Assembly (NCBI GenBank): GCA_965649765.1
Contig: OZ287756.1
Location: 66,898,001-66,962,000, forward strand
Length of the DNA: 64,000 nt
Origin: Bispira polyomma
Taxonomy: Eukaryota
Direction: 5' to 3'
Of this stretch, positions 1 through 11,840 are shown in pieces. How positions within the stretch are numbered: position 1 is the first letter of the stretch; each line of letters begins with the position of its first letter. Below the pieces are notes generated by a model, which was given only the letters and a program-made list of their open reading frames with translations, did not search any database and was not told the DNA's origin. Made by a program: the position numbers and the translations under genes.

Positions 1-279
1 GGAAGAGGAATATCTTTAGGAAGAGGATTTTGTTTATTTTGTCTAGGAGGAAATCTTTTCATTGCACAACTGTCTGTTGTCTTTAAATATGGGGCTAAAG
101 AAAGTTGCTTATTTCTTTTTTCTAAATTATTTCCAAATCAATTCTTTTTTCTTATTATTTAAAAAAACACATTTGCTATGGGAATGGGATTTTTTTCTCT
201 CAATTTGGTAATTATGAGGGCCTTCTTTCTTTCTGTTACTGGGACATCTACTCGCATATAATTTTCACTTTTGATTTTG

Positions 280-660
280 AATTTTGGGCCAGTGACTTAT
301 AATTTCTGTTTGTATGTGTGTGAATTCTTTCTGGGGGACGGTGTAATGTATGGTGGGATGTATATTTAGGGGTTTAAAATTTGGGCCAGTGACTTATAAG
401 TTATGTCTGTATGTGTAAATTGTTTATGAGGGGACAATGTCTGTTTGTTTGGGCTAATATTTTGGGAGTTAAAAATTTGAGCCAGTAATTTATAAGTTAT
501 GTCTGTGTGTGTGTCAATTATTATTGAGGGGACAAAGTAATCTTTTTGTTTGGGCTAATACTTTGGGATTTGTATGTTGGACCAATGATGTTTTTATTTC
601 TGTCTGTATGTGTGAATTGTTTTTGAAGGGACAGTGTAATCTGTATGTTTGGCTTTTTTT
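280..660. repeat. Degenerate ~99-bp tandem repeat, ~4 copies
   Basis: Unit anchor aa(t)ttgggccagtgacttataa recurs near 280, 378, 473 and 575, each followed by tgtctgtatgtgt and gggaca motifs. Confidence 0.8.
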
Positions 661-1307
661 GGTTTTCAGCAAAACAACTCAGATATTGTTCTTGGAGGAA
701 TCAGGTGGCCCTAAAAAAGGCCGGAGGTGACACTTAGGGGGGAGGGGGGATTGAAACACATCCACCCCCCCCCAACCCCCACCCCAACCCCCCACCAACT
801 TCTCGCCCTCTGCTGCTTGGTAGGTGAAAAACGTGCTACTGTTTGATTGTGGCTTCTTGGGGCTTTTGTGTTCTCCAATTAAGCTGCTCATCAGTCTCCT
901 AATTCGGGTGAGGTGCTCTCTAAGCATAAGATTCATATCAATACTGAGTCAGGACAGGGAACTTCTTTATATGCTCCGCATACTGGTCTCTGTAACACTA
1001 TCCCCTCCTATGCTGGAGCATCTCGACAGGTCGTGGGCGTCTTGGCGTGGTGGGGACAATCCCTGTGTCGACGTGTGACCAGCTAATTCTCTCTCTCGGT
1101 GAAATCTGGTGGGGCTTGTCCTGATTTTTTTTTGCCATGAGCTTGCAAAAACGCGTCCTCTGAGATTCGCACTAGGTCTTTAATCTGTCATCTTCAATCC
1201 ATGGGTGGTAGCGAAGTCCTCTCATAACTTCTTCTTCAGGGACATGTCTTTAAATTGTTCGTGTAGCTTGTTGTAAAGCACTTTATTGTCTCTGACAAAA
1301 TCTGCCA

Positions 1308-3658
1308 CTGATTTCATCCACTCCTGTAGATGATCTCTACATCTCAGACCATGTGTCACTCATCTTTGTTATTCAGCTCTCTAAACCTCTTCCTGAAAAG
1401 AAAAGAGTATCTTATAGAAAAATTAACAGCATTGACATTGACCTTTTTAGACAGGACATACAGGCATCTGAAGTTATCACTAAACCTACCAATGATCTGG
1501 ATCTACTTGTTGATCAATACAATCAGTGTTTATCTAACATTTTGGACAATCATGCACCTCTTATTGACCGCTTTATAAGAAGTAAGCCAAAACAACCATG
1601 GAACTGTGACCAAATAAAGATTGAAAAGAGGAATCTCAGAAAACTTGAAAGGGCATGGAGGAAGTAAAAAAAAATAAAACAGACAGAGATTCATTCAAGG
1701 CTCAGCGAAACAGGGTTAATGCCCTCATAAGATCTGCCAAATCAGAGTATTTCAGCACCTACATAGACTCCCACAAAGGCAACCATCGGGCCCTTTTCAA
1801 GACAGTTGCCAAACTTACTCACTCTAAGGCTCCTCAACTCTTGCCACCGCACAGTAACAAACAGGATCTGGTGAATAGCTTCAGTGGTTTCTTTGTTGAA
1901 AAGATTGATAATATAAGGAAGAATTTTTTGGACTGTAAACAAACGAAGGGAGGGAACTCTACTGGAGCATCTACCGCTCAGTTTATACAGTTCAAGACAT
2001 TGTCTCACGATGAGGTAGCTGAACTCATTACTAGAGCCCCATCCAAATCCTGCTCTTTGGATCCTATTCCTACTTGTCTTTTGAAGCATTGCTTGTCTGA
2101 TCTTCTACCCTGCATAACTAACATAATAAATATGTTTCTGCAAACTGGAAAAATGCCTGAGTTTTTCAAACAAGCTGTTCTCACACCAATTCTCAAGAAC
2201 GAAGGGGCTGATCCTGTGTTCAAAAACTTTTGCCCAATTTCAAACCTACCTTTTCTCTCAAAGCTCGTAGAAAAGGTTGTATGCCAACAACTTTCAAAAT
2301 ACATAGATTCAAATAGCCTAAATGAACCTTATCAATCCGCATACAGACCCTGTCACTCCACTGAAACAGCAGTATTGAAGGTGGTAAATGATATTCTGCT
2401 TGAACTGGATAACAAGAAGGTTGTTCTGTTAACACTTCTTGATGTCTCAGCAGCCTTCGACACGGTTGATCATAAAATCCTCTTAAATAGATTGAACGAC
2501 ATGCATGGTATACAAGGCACAGCTCACCGGTGGTTTCACTCATACCTGGATAAGAGAAGTCAAAGTGTAGTGATAGATGATGCTAAATCTGAACCACATA
2601 CTTTGAAGTATAGTGTACCTCAAAGGTCAGTCATGGGACCTGACCTCTACTGCAAGTATACCTAGCCAGTGGCTGGGATTATAGGACAACATCTCATTCA
2701 ATATCACCTTTATGCTGATGACTCACAACTCTATACATCCATCAGTCCCAAAATAGACAATCAAGCCGATACAGTATGTAATCTTGAAAACTGTATTGAT
2801 GCTATTAGCAAGTGGATGAGCAACAACAAGTTGAAATTAAACCAGGATAAAACTGAATTTATACTACTCGGCAATTCCATCCACCGAAGTAAAATGTCAA
2901 TCAACTCCATAAAAGTGAGTGAGTCTCTCATCAGTTCAAGTAAATATGTCATTAATCTAGGAGTGTTTATTGACCAAGACTTCAATATGAAAAAGCAAGT
3001 CAGTCAACTTTGCAGATCCTGTTACTTTCAGCTGAGGAACATTAGATACATTAGATCAAATCTCTCAATGGATGCAGCCAAAACAGTAGTTCAAGCCCTC
3101 GTCATGTCAAAATTAGACTATTGTAATAGTATTCTCTTTGGCATATCAAAAACACTATTAGATAAACTGCAAAGAGTTCAAAATTGTGCAGCTAGACTTG
3201 TGTTAGATTCAAATATGGAGCACAGAAGTTCACTTGAATGCTTGAGAACACTGCATTGGTTACCTGTCAAATACCGGATTCAATACAAAATTGTTCTCTT
3301 GGTGTTTAAATCAATCAGAGGATTGGAACCTCCCTATATCCAAGATCTGCTGCTTCCACACAAAAGCACACGACTACTGCGGTCATCAAGTGAACACTTG
3401 CTAACAGTTCCTAAGGCAAAATTAAAAACCTTTGGAGATCGGGCATTTTCTGTTTGTGGACCTAAGCTATGGAATACTCTACCAAAGCATCTGAAAACCT
3501 GTACAGCAGTCAGTGTTTTTAAAAAGAAACTAAAAACTCACTTTTTTAGTTGTGCTTTTGAACTTTAATTTATAATTTATGCTGTTAAGCGCATTGATTA
3601 CTTTGTGTAGATTTTGCGCTATAGAAGAACTTTTATTATTATTATTATTATTATTATT
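1308..3658 (+). mobile_element. L2-group (CR1/L2) non-LTR retrotransposon, 5'-truncated
   Basis: ORF2 remnant: endonuclease C-terminal SDH (~1345), then KSCSLDPIP, PISNLPFLSKLVEK, QSAYR..HSTETA, LLDVSAAFDTVDH, VPQRSVMGP, YADD, LHWLPV, FGDRAFS..GPKLWNTLP, FKKKLKTHFF. Short 3' UTR with agcgca...tgcgct stem-loop and (TTA)n tail 3633-3658. Confidence 0.95.
1353..3568 (+). pseudogene. LINE ORF2 (endonuclease C-terminus plus reverse transcriptase)
   Basis: Track ORFs 1353-1667, 1655-2665 and 2669-3568 form one protein, with a frameshift in the A-run at ~1666 and one in-frame TAG at 2663-2665 just before YADD. Confidence 0.92.
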
Positions 3659-4617
3659 ACTGCTTTCTCATTTTCCTCTGTGAGAATCACATGGACCATC
3701 TTTCCTAACTTCTTAACATGTCCTCTGAACTTTGAAGATCCAGGCAATACCTCAGACGAATCCTTCAATCCTTGGGAAGCCTCTAACTGAGATCTCTCTG
3801 CCATCTCTCCTCTTCCTCTCCAACTCATATGATGAAACTCCAACATCAAATTCCTTCTCCTTCTCCTTCTTTACAATCTTCTTCTTAACTCTCCTCAATC
3901 TCAGCATCTTGTCGATATGAATGTTGTGTATTTTAATAAAAAACCTAACTATAAAACTTGCCCTAAACTCAATACATATAAATAATTAAAAACAATAAAA
4001 ATCCCTCTCTACAAAAAACACAACCAAGTACCAGCCAGCAATCTCCCAAATACAATGAGTCCTGTACTGTCAGGATGATTTTATACCCAAACACCCCGAT
4101 CTGTATAAGTTTGATACTTTTAATCAGTACTGAATAAGTCAGATCCTATTGCTGATAAGTTCTGTCCTATCCTCCCCCTGTTCGATCTTATACCTCTCCC
4201 AGTAGATTTGATAGCCATTACGTTCTGTCCCACTCTGTTAAGTTTGATCGGGGTTAAAAAACGTATTCACACCAAGTTCTGTCGGGGTGACAAAAAGTTT
4301 AGTCGGGGCTTAATACGTCAGATCGAGAGTCACACAAGTTCACTCGGATTGCCGGCCCTGCCTGTCCTATTCAAAAAGGGGCAGATCCCAATAGGACAGG
4401 CCAGGCCAATAATCTGCTGGGTTAGACCACTGGAAATGGGGCAGGTTGAATGGGTTGGTTGGTGGGTAACCGGCCAGAGTTGTCCCAGCTAGTTGGTGGT
4501 AGAAGAATCCAGAGTATCAATATCAGTTCTGGTTTGGGTATGTTGTCGACCTAATCAACATGGTGGTAGGAAACGCAAAGTATGAATAACTATTGACAGT
4601 TGGTGATAGGTTAGATC

Positions 4618-4619
<2 letters not shown>

Positions 4620-4685
<66 letters not shown>
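4620..4685. repeat. (TA)n microsatellite
   Basis: About 32 uninterrupted TA units. Confidence 0.99.
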
Positions 4686-4688
<3 letters not shown>

Positions 4689-4813
4689 AGATATGCAGAT
4701 ACATATAGATAGAATAAGCAGATACATGATGGAAAAAAATCATCACAAGGGGATACGACAGATGTCGGTCCTTAACTGTTTTCCCCCTCCCGGGGAGCCG
4801 AGCTGGTGGTGTA

Positions 4814-5589
4814 TGTAGCCCGCAGCGTGTGGTGGCCCCCCATCCCGCTACATTTTATGGTGGTAGTGGTTGGATGAGGTAGTAGTGGATGTCATGGCTA
4901 TAGGTTCACAGAAAGTTGGAGTTGTTAGGGCACATTAAGTCAATAGGGAATCACGATTTTAAATTTTGTATTTGCAATAATGGATCAAGGTGACAAGTGG
5001 TGAACATATGTTTTGAAACTCGTGGCAGTTTGTAGGAGGATGGGCTACAGAATCCACACCAAGAGATGCTTTTCCTCTCCAGGAAAACCACCAGTGGAAA
5101 ACAAAGGAACTGGTGGGAGATGAAGTACCCGCACCTGGGGTGAGGAAGGCAGAGCACACAGTTCCCCCTTCTTATTGTGTGCAGGCTCTGCCTACCAGTC
5201 TAATCCCTGGCACTGGCCGGTGGAGGTACCCGTGCCTCAACCAGGGAGGGTGACAACAATCACCACAAAAGTTGAGGTGCAGGCCCGCGCTGTCTGGCCA
5301 TACATTGAGTCAGGGCCCAACATCCACATCTGTCATCAGAAATGGGGTGAGCTCTGTCCAACGGATGGTGATCAACACGGAGACCACAACTGAGCCCACC
5401 CAACAGCTTTCTTCAGCAACGTCCAGGGTCATCATTCTGAGTGATTCTCAGTGAGGTCAGGCAGGGTATGTCTTGCGATGTCACATTACCCCTCATATTT
5501 CAATGTCTTGGTAGCGGATTTTGGCCCAATCTCCTAAACTGGTGGTGTATGTAGCCCGCAGCGTGAGGTGGCCTCCTTGTCGCGCTACA
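4814..5589 (+). mobile_element. Non-autonomous LTR-like element (TRIM-like or Gypsy-derived) with ~40-bp terminal direct repeats
   Basis: Repeats 4814-4852 and 5550-5589 both start TGTAGC and end GCTACA. 4858-4875 tggtggtagtggttggat differs at 3 of 18 positions from a tRNA-Leu-type PBS (TGGTGGCAGCGGTGGGAT). GC-rich interior; no TSD seen. Confidence 0.55.
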
Positions 5590-6857
5590 CAAACTATATT
5601 ACTGCTTAAACATAATCTGCTCATCATATAACGTGTGGTGTTTAATATATATGGCTGCATGTGAACTATGTGTAACTTGTTATATAATTTTTTTATCTCG
5701 ATGTACATTTACAGTGCCTTTTATAATACAGGTCTAAAAGGAGGCATTTCAGGCTAACCACTGAAGGCTTTCTTCATATAGCCCCACAAGGACCTACTTC
5801 AGTATGAATATGTAACAGTGCTGACAAATCTTAGATAATTAAGTGATATGACAATCTGGACACACCGTTCCTCTTTTCGGTGAAGTTTTAGAAAAAAACA
5901 TGTCTGTTATTGTCAAACTTGTAACAGGTAAAGACATAGTTTTCGCATTATGGGAAACTAGTAAACAATGAAGAGCCTGCATGGATATATTACAATTGGA
6001 ATCTAAACCAGGCCAAGTTCAACCTGTGACGTGTCTACACATAATAACCTTACATTGTATTAATTTCACAACTAAAGAATACACCTCTTATAGCTACACA
6101 GTTGGAAATTATACTATTCATCAGAGACCGTAGAAATAGCAGACTTAATAACAGGTATGATACATCTACTTACAATGTCTGATATTTTCCCAGCAACGAC
6201 CATTCTCAATGATGTTCTTCACAAATATAAACTCTGGAAAAACTGCAACTTACCATTCGGTTCTAATAACCAGTTGTCCGCTTATCAGTCGAATTACAAT
6301 CAAGTTGCAAAATGTATTATGTGAAATGACATAGGTGAGGCTGAATCAGCCAATAATATATATGTGTGATAATGTGTGCCTGCACGGACAAACACAAGCT
6401 GTTGGATGATTTTGGGTGTTTTTTTTTCTTAATTTGAAAACTTTGATATGGCTAAAATCTTATGCTTATTATGCAAGTAGTTATACTTAAAGTATTACGC
6501 TTGTAAACCTGGGTAAACCTGCTAGTATGCCTAGTAAGGTCACACAGTTAAATATCAAACTACTCTGTTAGGTCAACTATACATGTAAATATGTAAAATT
6601 ATTTAGTGGGGTAACATGTTGGTAAGGTAACTTGCAAATAATGTCAAGTAGTGTAATATGTAGAAATGTAACATGTGTTTTAACAACAACTAACTGAGTA
6701 TCATATTAACTGAATGTTCTAATAAAATAAAACTCCAAATATGTATTTCACTAACTGACATACCCATGGAAGTGTGACACACACTTCGAATTATTCTAAT
6801 TATTCCTGAACGAACTGTTTCTTCACAATTTAGGATAAATTGAGCATTTATTGGTTA

Positions 6858-7090
6858 TGTGATCTGGTCCATGTGCCCAGTCGGTTATTTTTACCTAGCA
6901 TTTACTATTTATGATCTGGTCTATGTGCCCAGTCGGTTATTTTTACCTAGCATTTACTATTTATATGATCTGGTTCATGTGCCCAGTCGGTTATTTTTAC
7001 CTAGCATTTACTATTTATATGATCTGGTCCATGTGCCCAGTCGGTTATTTTTACCTAGCATTTACTATTTATATGATCTGGTCTATGTGC
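6858..7090. repeat. 54-bp minisatellite, ~4.3 copies
   Basis: gatctgg starts at 6861, 6913, 6967, 7021 and 7075; near-identical units. Confidence 0.97.
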
Positions 7091-8019
7091 ACAGTTTTTG
7101 CCTGTGGCGGTTGGTGTGTTTGTTTTCATCACAATTGTACACTGCGTGGCTGTCTGATATTCTGGGCATACTTGAGAGATAGTGATATTTTTAAGAACAG
7201 GCCTAGTCATTTAACTATACCCAGACACGATGTTTATTCTATATTTTATAGCTACAGTTGTACATGAGAAATTATACATATGGTTAAAAATATCTAGCTC
7301 TTACCCTCTTGTAAGCAATTGTAATCAGCTGCAAACGAGTTTTAACTGGCTTCAATTGATAGCAAGAGTACAACCTTTGACAGCTAATATTTCTCTCATG
7401 TCATTAAATAATCTATTAGATATGTAAATATGTAGCACAAAATCTGTTGTATATTAAGCAACACACTGTTTTTTACATATTATTTTTTTATATTTTTACT
7501 CTCTCCTAAGACATTCTTGGCTGGCTGTGTAACAGGTGAGAGCATAATAAAAAGTCTATCTATCTATCACTGGGCTTAAATAAGTCTACGGCAAAAAAAT
7601 CAGAGTGGCAATACATATGGATGCCTTCATTGGCAATATAGGCTATTCAGGTGAACAAATTATTATAATATAATATACTTTATTGATTGTGTGTAACTTA
7701 AAAGAACAATAGTACATCCAAAATATTAAATACTTTCATAGAGTGAAGGCTTGACAGAAAAATTAATTCCCATTGCAGTGGACATGATTCTAAAAGTTCC
7801 CTAGTGTGGTGAGATTGAACAAGGAACGACAGAATAAGATTTAATGTTTGGAGGTTTATTTTGGAGGTTTATTTTGTTATCTGTACCCAGAGTTACAGTG
7901 TGTGAAATAATAGATACAAATAAAATTGTATATGAACACATATACATATATCGTTGTACAATACAATGACTACCACACATGGGAATGAATGGGAGCATGC
8001 AATAACAAATATTTTGGTG

Positions 8020-9300
8020 AACTTAGACCTAGGGTTATTACCCCCTCTTCTAAGCAGGCCAGTAGCAGCTAAGTAAAAATTGTCTGTGAAATTGGAAATT
8101 TTAATAAAATGGTTTTAATTTAGATTTTTACTTTTTACTGAACTTTATGTTTGTTTTTATACTTTGATTTTAATATATTTTTAATATATTTAGCTGTTTC
8201 TAATACATCATATAAAATGGAGATGTAATAGAGAAGGTGTGAATCTGGACCAGATTGCAGCAGAAGGGAGTACTACCAACAACTTGTCTATAGTCATATA
8301 AACGAGAGGTAACCAAGTCGAAATGTATCAACAAATCTGTCTCAAGCAGCAGACCATGATGGACACAGTATTAAAATCCATGTCCAGATTAGAAAAAGAC
8401 GTAGCAGCCCTGAAGACAAAAGAACGGGTATTACAACCTTGTGTTTCCAGTAGTCTTGCGTATGAGGACAGTATAGTTGATGGTGTGTCCACCACTACTC
8501 AGTTGTTGTCGGGAGCTGTACGTCTTACTCCAGCCCAGGGAAAATGACAACTGGAACAGGGTTATCCTGCTTCATTGCCAGCACCCACGCTTGTCATGTT
8601 ACTTGGAAGGCAGACCCCTTGTCCAGAAGATATCGGAATGGCATGCAGAGTTGCATGACAATAGCTGAGAGGAGTATCCAACAGTGCTCAAGATATCGTT
8701 CCAACACCTGATGTTCTACGTCATTCGGCTCATATTTAAAATGATGTCAGTGTCAGATTGCAACAGTATGAAACAGCAACATCAGCAGAACTTCTGAATG
8801 GTAAGAGTTATATTAAACAAAAGTCTGATCATTATAATTTAGCTAACACTTGTACTATTGACCCCATGTTTCGATGGCCAAACGAGAGAAGCTTAGGTCT
8901 TATTCACAAGAAGAAGGTAGCATTTGATGAGCTTACATTAGCACAATTTGCTTTGAGACAAATTCACAACATCTTAGAAGAGAAGAATGTTGCCATCTTA
9001 CGCAGGATGTTAGGTCAACCGGTCGATACGTTAAGGGATACAGCAAATATTTCATGGCAGATAGCCCGAGGCACGTACGCCCCCAGCATGCATAATGTGG
9101 AACAACCACACACAGAAGAGGGAATTGCATGTACCTTGCGTATACAACATTTTCAATGAAACCAGTGTAGCGAAAGTTCAAATCACAAGTTCGAAACACA
9201 ACTACAGTATTTCAACATATTTGAGAAAATTGTTTCAAAGTGAGCAAGCGAGAAAACCCACATCCCCCAATCATAAGGTTTCAAACTACATGGCAAGCCA
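8020..9300 (+). mobile_element. Tyrosine-recombinase retrotransposon relic C, gag-like region
   Basis: RLQQYET..NGK..QKS..YN..FRWPNE..KKVAFDELTLAQFA..SWQIARG..MHNVE aligns with the gag of the element at 26294-27537 (RLAEYET..QGK..QKLGQFN..LRWANE..FDELSLLQWA..MHDVE). Decayed C..FN...C....H..HI*ENC finger at ~9140-9240. Confidence 0.8.
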
Positions 9301-9959
9301 GTGATGGCAACATCTCAAGACCAATAGGACACGAGACGACTGGCAGATTATGTGACTGAAGATTCAAAGTGTAGTTCCAGGGTGCACAATGTTGAGTATT
9401 TTAATTTTACAAATGGTTATTTCGATAAGAAAATTAATAATTTTACAACAGACAATTAGTTGTTGTAGTTGTAGTGAAAGTAGTAAGAGAGACAAACCGA
9501 CAAATGACGACATAAAAATTTAAAAATTATTAGATTAGAAATTGTGCAAAGACAGTGAACAAAACAATGGTAATATTGTGAACTCGTTTACACATGATTT
9601 AGACAAGACAATGGTAAAAGAAATAATTTTGCAAGTCCTGAGAACAAAAATGTGTATAATTTCAATATTGATAGAAACTTTGATAGTAATGTACAGAACG
9701 GATAGTACAAATGGAGTATGCGCATGTGTACTATAGTAAGTCAATTGATAAAGAAAACATATATTATATAGTTTGAAAGAATGACATCCAATGTAAGAAG
9801 TATACAATAAAAAAACACACACAAAATTAAAAATAAACAAAAATACACAAAAACAATATATATATTGTACTGTATATATGTGTATCTATATATCAAAAAT
9901 AAACAATTAAAAAATTGTTGTTTTTTAATAAAAAAAAATATATGGAAATTTTAAATAAG

Positions 9960-10530
9960 CGTAAATCCAGGTTAAAGTGAATGAGAGATAATGGTGGAGA
10001 AAGTGTGGGACTAAAGCAGCTGCTTGTGAAGTTGACTGTTGCCATAATCCGTGTGAAATGATGTTTTGGAGGGAGACATTGTTATTGAATGCTGAGGTTT
10101 CACCCGGCCAGCGGAATGTGTGGAAGCCGTGTAAGACTGTTTTTATAGCTGCTCTAATGTGACAATACACTATGGAATGAATTGGTGCTACTGTCACAAA
10201 CAGTGGGGAAGTAGGTAGGAGTTTTCTAGCTTTTATGAGTTTGGAAAGTGCCAAAACTGGACATAAAAGTGGGACTTTTTTAGAGGGGTATCAAATAACA
10301 TGGCTTACATTGTTAGTGGTTAAATATTTCAAATTTGTGTCCATATAACACCCATGTCAATGACTGTCAGTCTTGCTCTTCTAGCTGTGAATACCTGCCT
10401 TGTGACAAGGACCCTTTTCTTGATGGAAAGTGTGCCCCTGGATTTTTGGGATTTAACTGTGAAGGTAGCAAGGTATAGTTGGAATGTTGAGCAAACCAAA
10501 ATAAGTTGTACAAATATTAATGATTTCATA
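9960..10530 (-). pseudogene. Tyrosine recombinase fragment of a Ngaro/DIRS-order retrotransposon
   Basis: FHTFRWPGETSAFNNNVSLQNIISHGLW..SQAA matches the YR at 23427-23654 (FQTFRRSGATFAFNNNISLQNIMSHGLW..SQAA). Many frameshifts. Confidence 0.85.
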
Positions 10531-10827
10531 TATTAACGTGTAAGGTAATATTTAACATGTGTTATTTTTAATTTATTTACAGAAGAAATCTACTAGTGCA
10601 TTAATTAGGATTACATAGATTCGAGTGGCATCATTTTGACAACATATATACTTTAATATTTTATTATTTACTCACAAACCACATTATTTGACAACACATA
10701 TACTTCAATATTTTAATATTTTAATCAGAATGATTTGGATGCTGATATATTTAATCATAAGATACATTATTAGACATGTCTATATGAATGTTTTCAGCAA
10801 GAATTACTAAGTATTTCTATCTTTTAG

Positions 10828-11840
10828 ATTGTTCACCTGGTACCTATGGTCTGAAGTGTATAAATCTGTTTCCCCAACTGTAAAGATAGTTGTCATCATG
10901 TCGATGGTTCCTGTAGAGCTGTTTGTGACGAGGGCTGGACTGGGGAGAAGTGTGACTTGGAGATGAAGAAAGTCTAAGTCAGTGATAAATAACCATTCCT
11001 ATACAATTTTGTTTAGTTTGAGTTTAACGAGAAGTGTGAACTTGGAAATAAAGGAAGTCCAAGTCAGTTAGAATTGCCCAATCTCAGATGATGTTAAATG
11101 ACATACAGCATGCCTTATTTTGTATTTGTGATATGCAAACACTTATAGATCAAATAGCTCACTGATATTTTACTAGTTGTTAAGTTTTTGTCTGATCATG
11201 ATGGACAGTTGACTGGTGGTGGAAATCAGAAGCAGATAGTTGCTCACGGTTTTCTATTCTGCAAATCACTTGTCATCACTTGTCATCAGAATGTCTACCA
11301 TAAACTTCTTCACATATACAATAATGCCAAGATTTAAATCATCATCGGAGTGGGAGTGCGTGTGTTACCACTAAACCACTGAATATTTACCCCTGTGGAT
11401 TATAATGAATCATAATACATGTAAAATCATAAAACAGACTTTTCTACTTTTTATGAATTAAGTTTCTTTTTCATAGTGAATCATCTATTCCTAATACTGA
11501 TAAAAATAAGGTTAATATTAGCATAAATTAATTGGTGCCCTTTATTTTGAACAGATGCATACATCATTGGTCTGGCTGTACCATTATCAATACTGGCAGT
11601 TCTGTGCATCGTCTTGATTCACTTTTGTTCTATCACAAAGATGCAGAACCGGACAAAGTGATGCCAGTATCAGCCATCAACAACCGACATCACAGCAACC
11701 ACATATGTATGAAAATGAGGTGGAAGACATCTCTCTTGATCTACATCACAGCACGTAATGAAGCTGGGAATTATGAAAAGTTGGAGTGTTTTCAAATGGA
11801 GGAGGAAATAAACCAGCCTTATGAGGATCTGAGAAATTGA
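10828..11840 (+). pseudogene. Decayed MEGF10/SCARF-like EGF-repeat single-pass receptor (two exons)
   Basis: Exon 10828-10960 after ttttag: DCSPGTYGLKCINL(fs)PNCKDSCHHVDGSCRAVCDEGWTGEKCDL, a laminin-type EGF repeat with a frameshift and lost donor. Exon 11555-11840 after aacag: AYIIGLAVPLSILAVLCIVLI (TM), then a frameshifted tail with MYENE, NYEKL and PYEDL. Confidence 0.7.

Larger units (their letters stand above)
790..3907 (-). pseudogene. MADF (Myb/SANT-like) domain protein, probable PIF/Harbinger accessory ORF, decayed and interrupted by an L2 LINE
   Basis: Removing the LINE joins ...VILTEENEKAV (ending ~3659) to ADFVRDNKVLYNKLHEQFKDMSLKKKL*EDFATTHGL..LKT*CESQRTRFCKLMAKKKSGQAPPDFTERE (1306 down to ~1085). 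This is a MADF-like helix pattern with the conserved Trp codons turned to stops. Basic/acidic N-terminus from ATG ~3907; C-terminal STFFTYQAAEGEKL in ORF 679-936. Frameshifts present. Confidence 0.7.

Noticed and set aside
1742-2985. Minus-strand ORFs within the LINE
   Set aside because: Antisense shadows of ORF2.
6858-7090. Repeats as a CRISPR-like array or repeat protein
   Set aside because: Units are contiguous with no unique spacers; the ORFs are by-products. The same applies to 22307-22626, 40235-40455 and 55626-55885.
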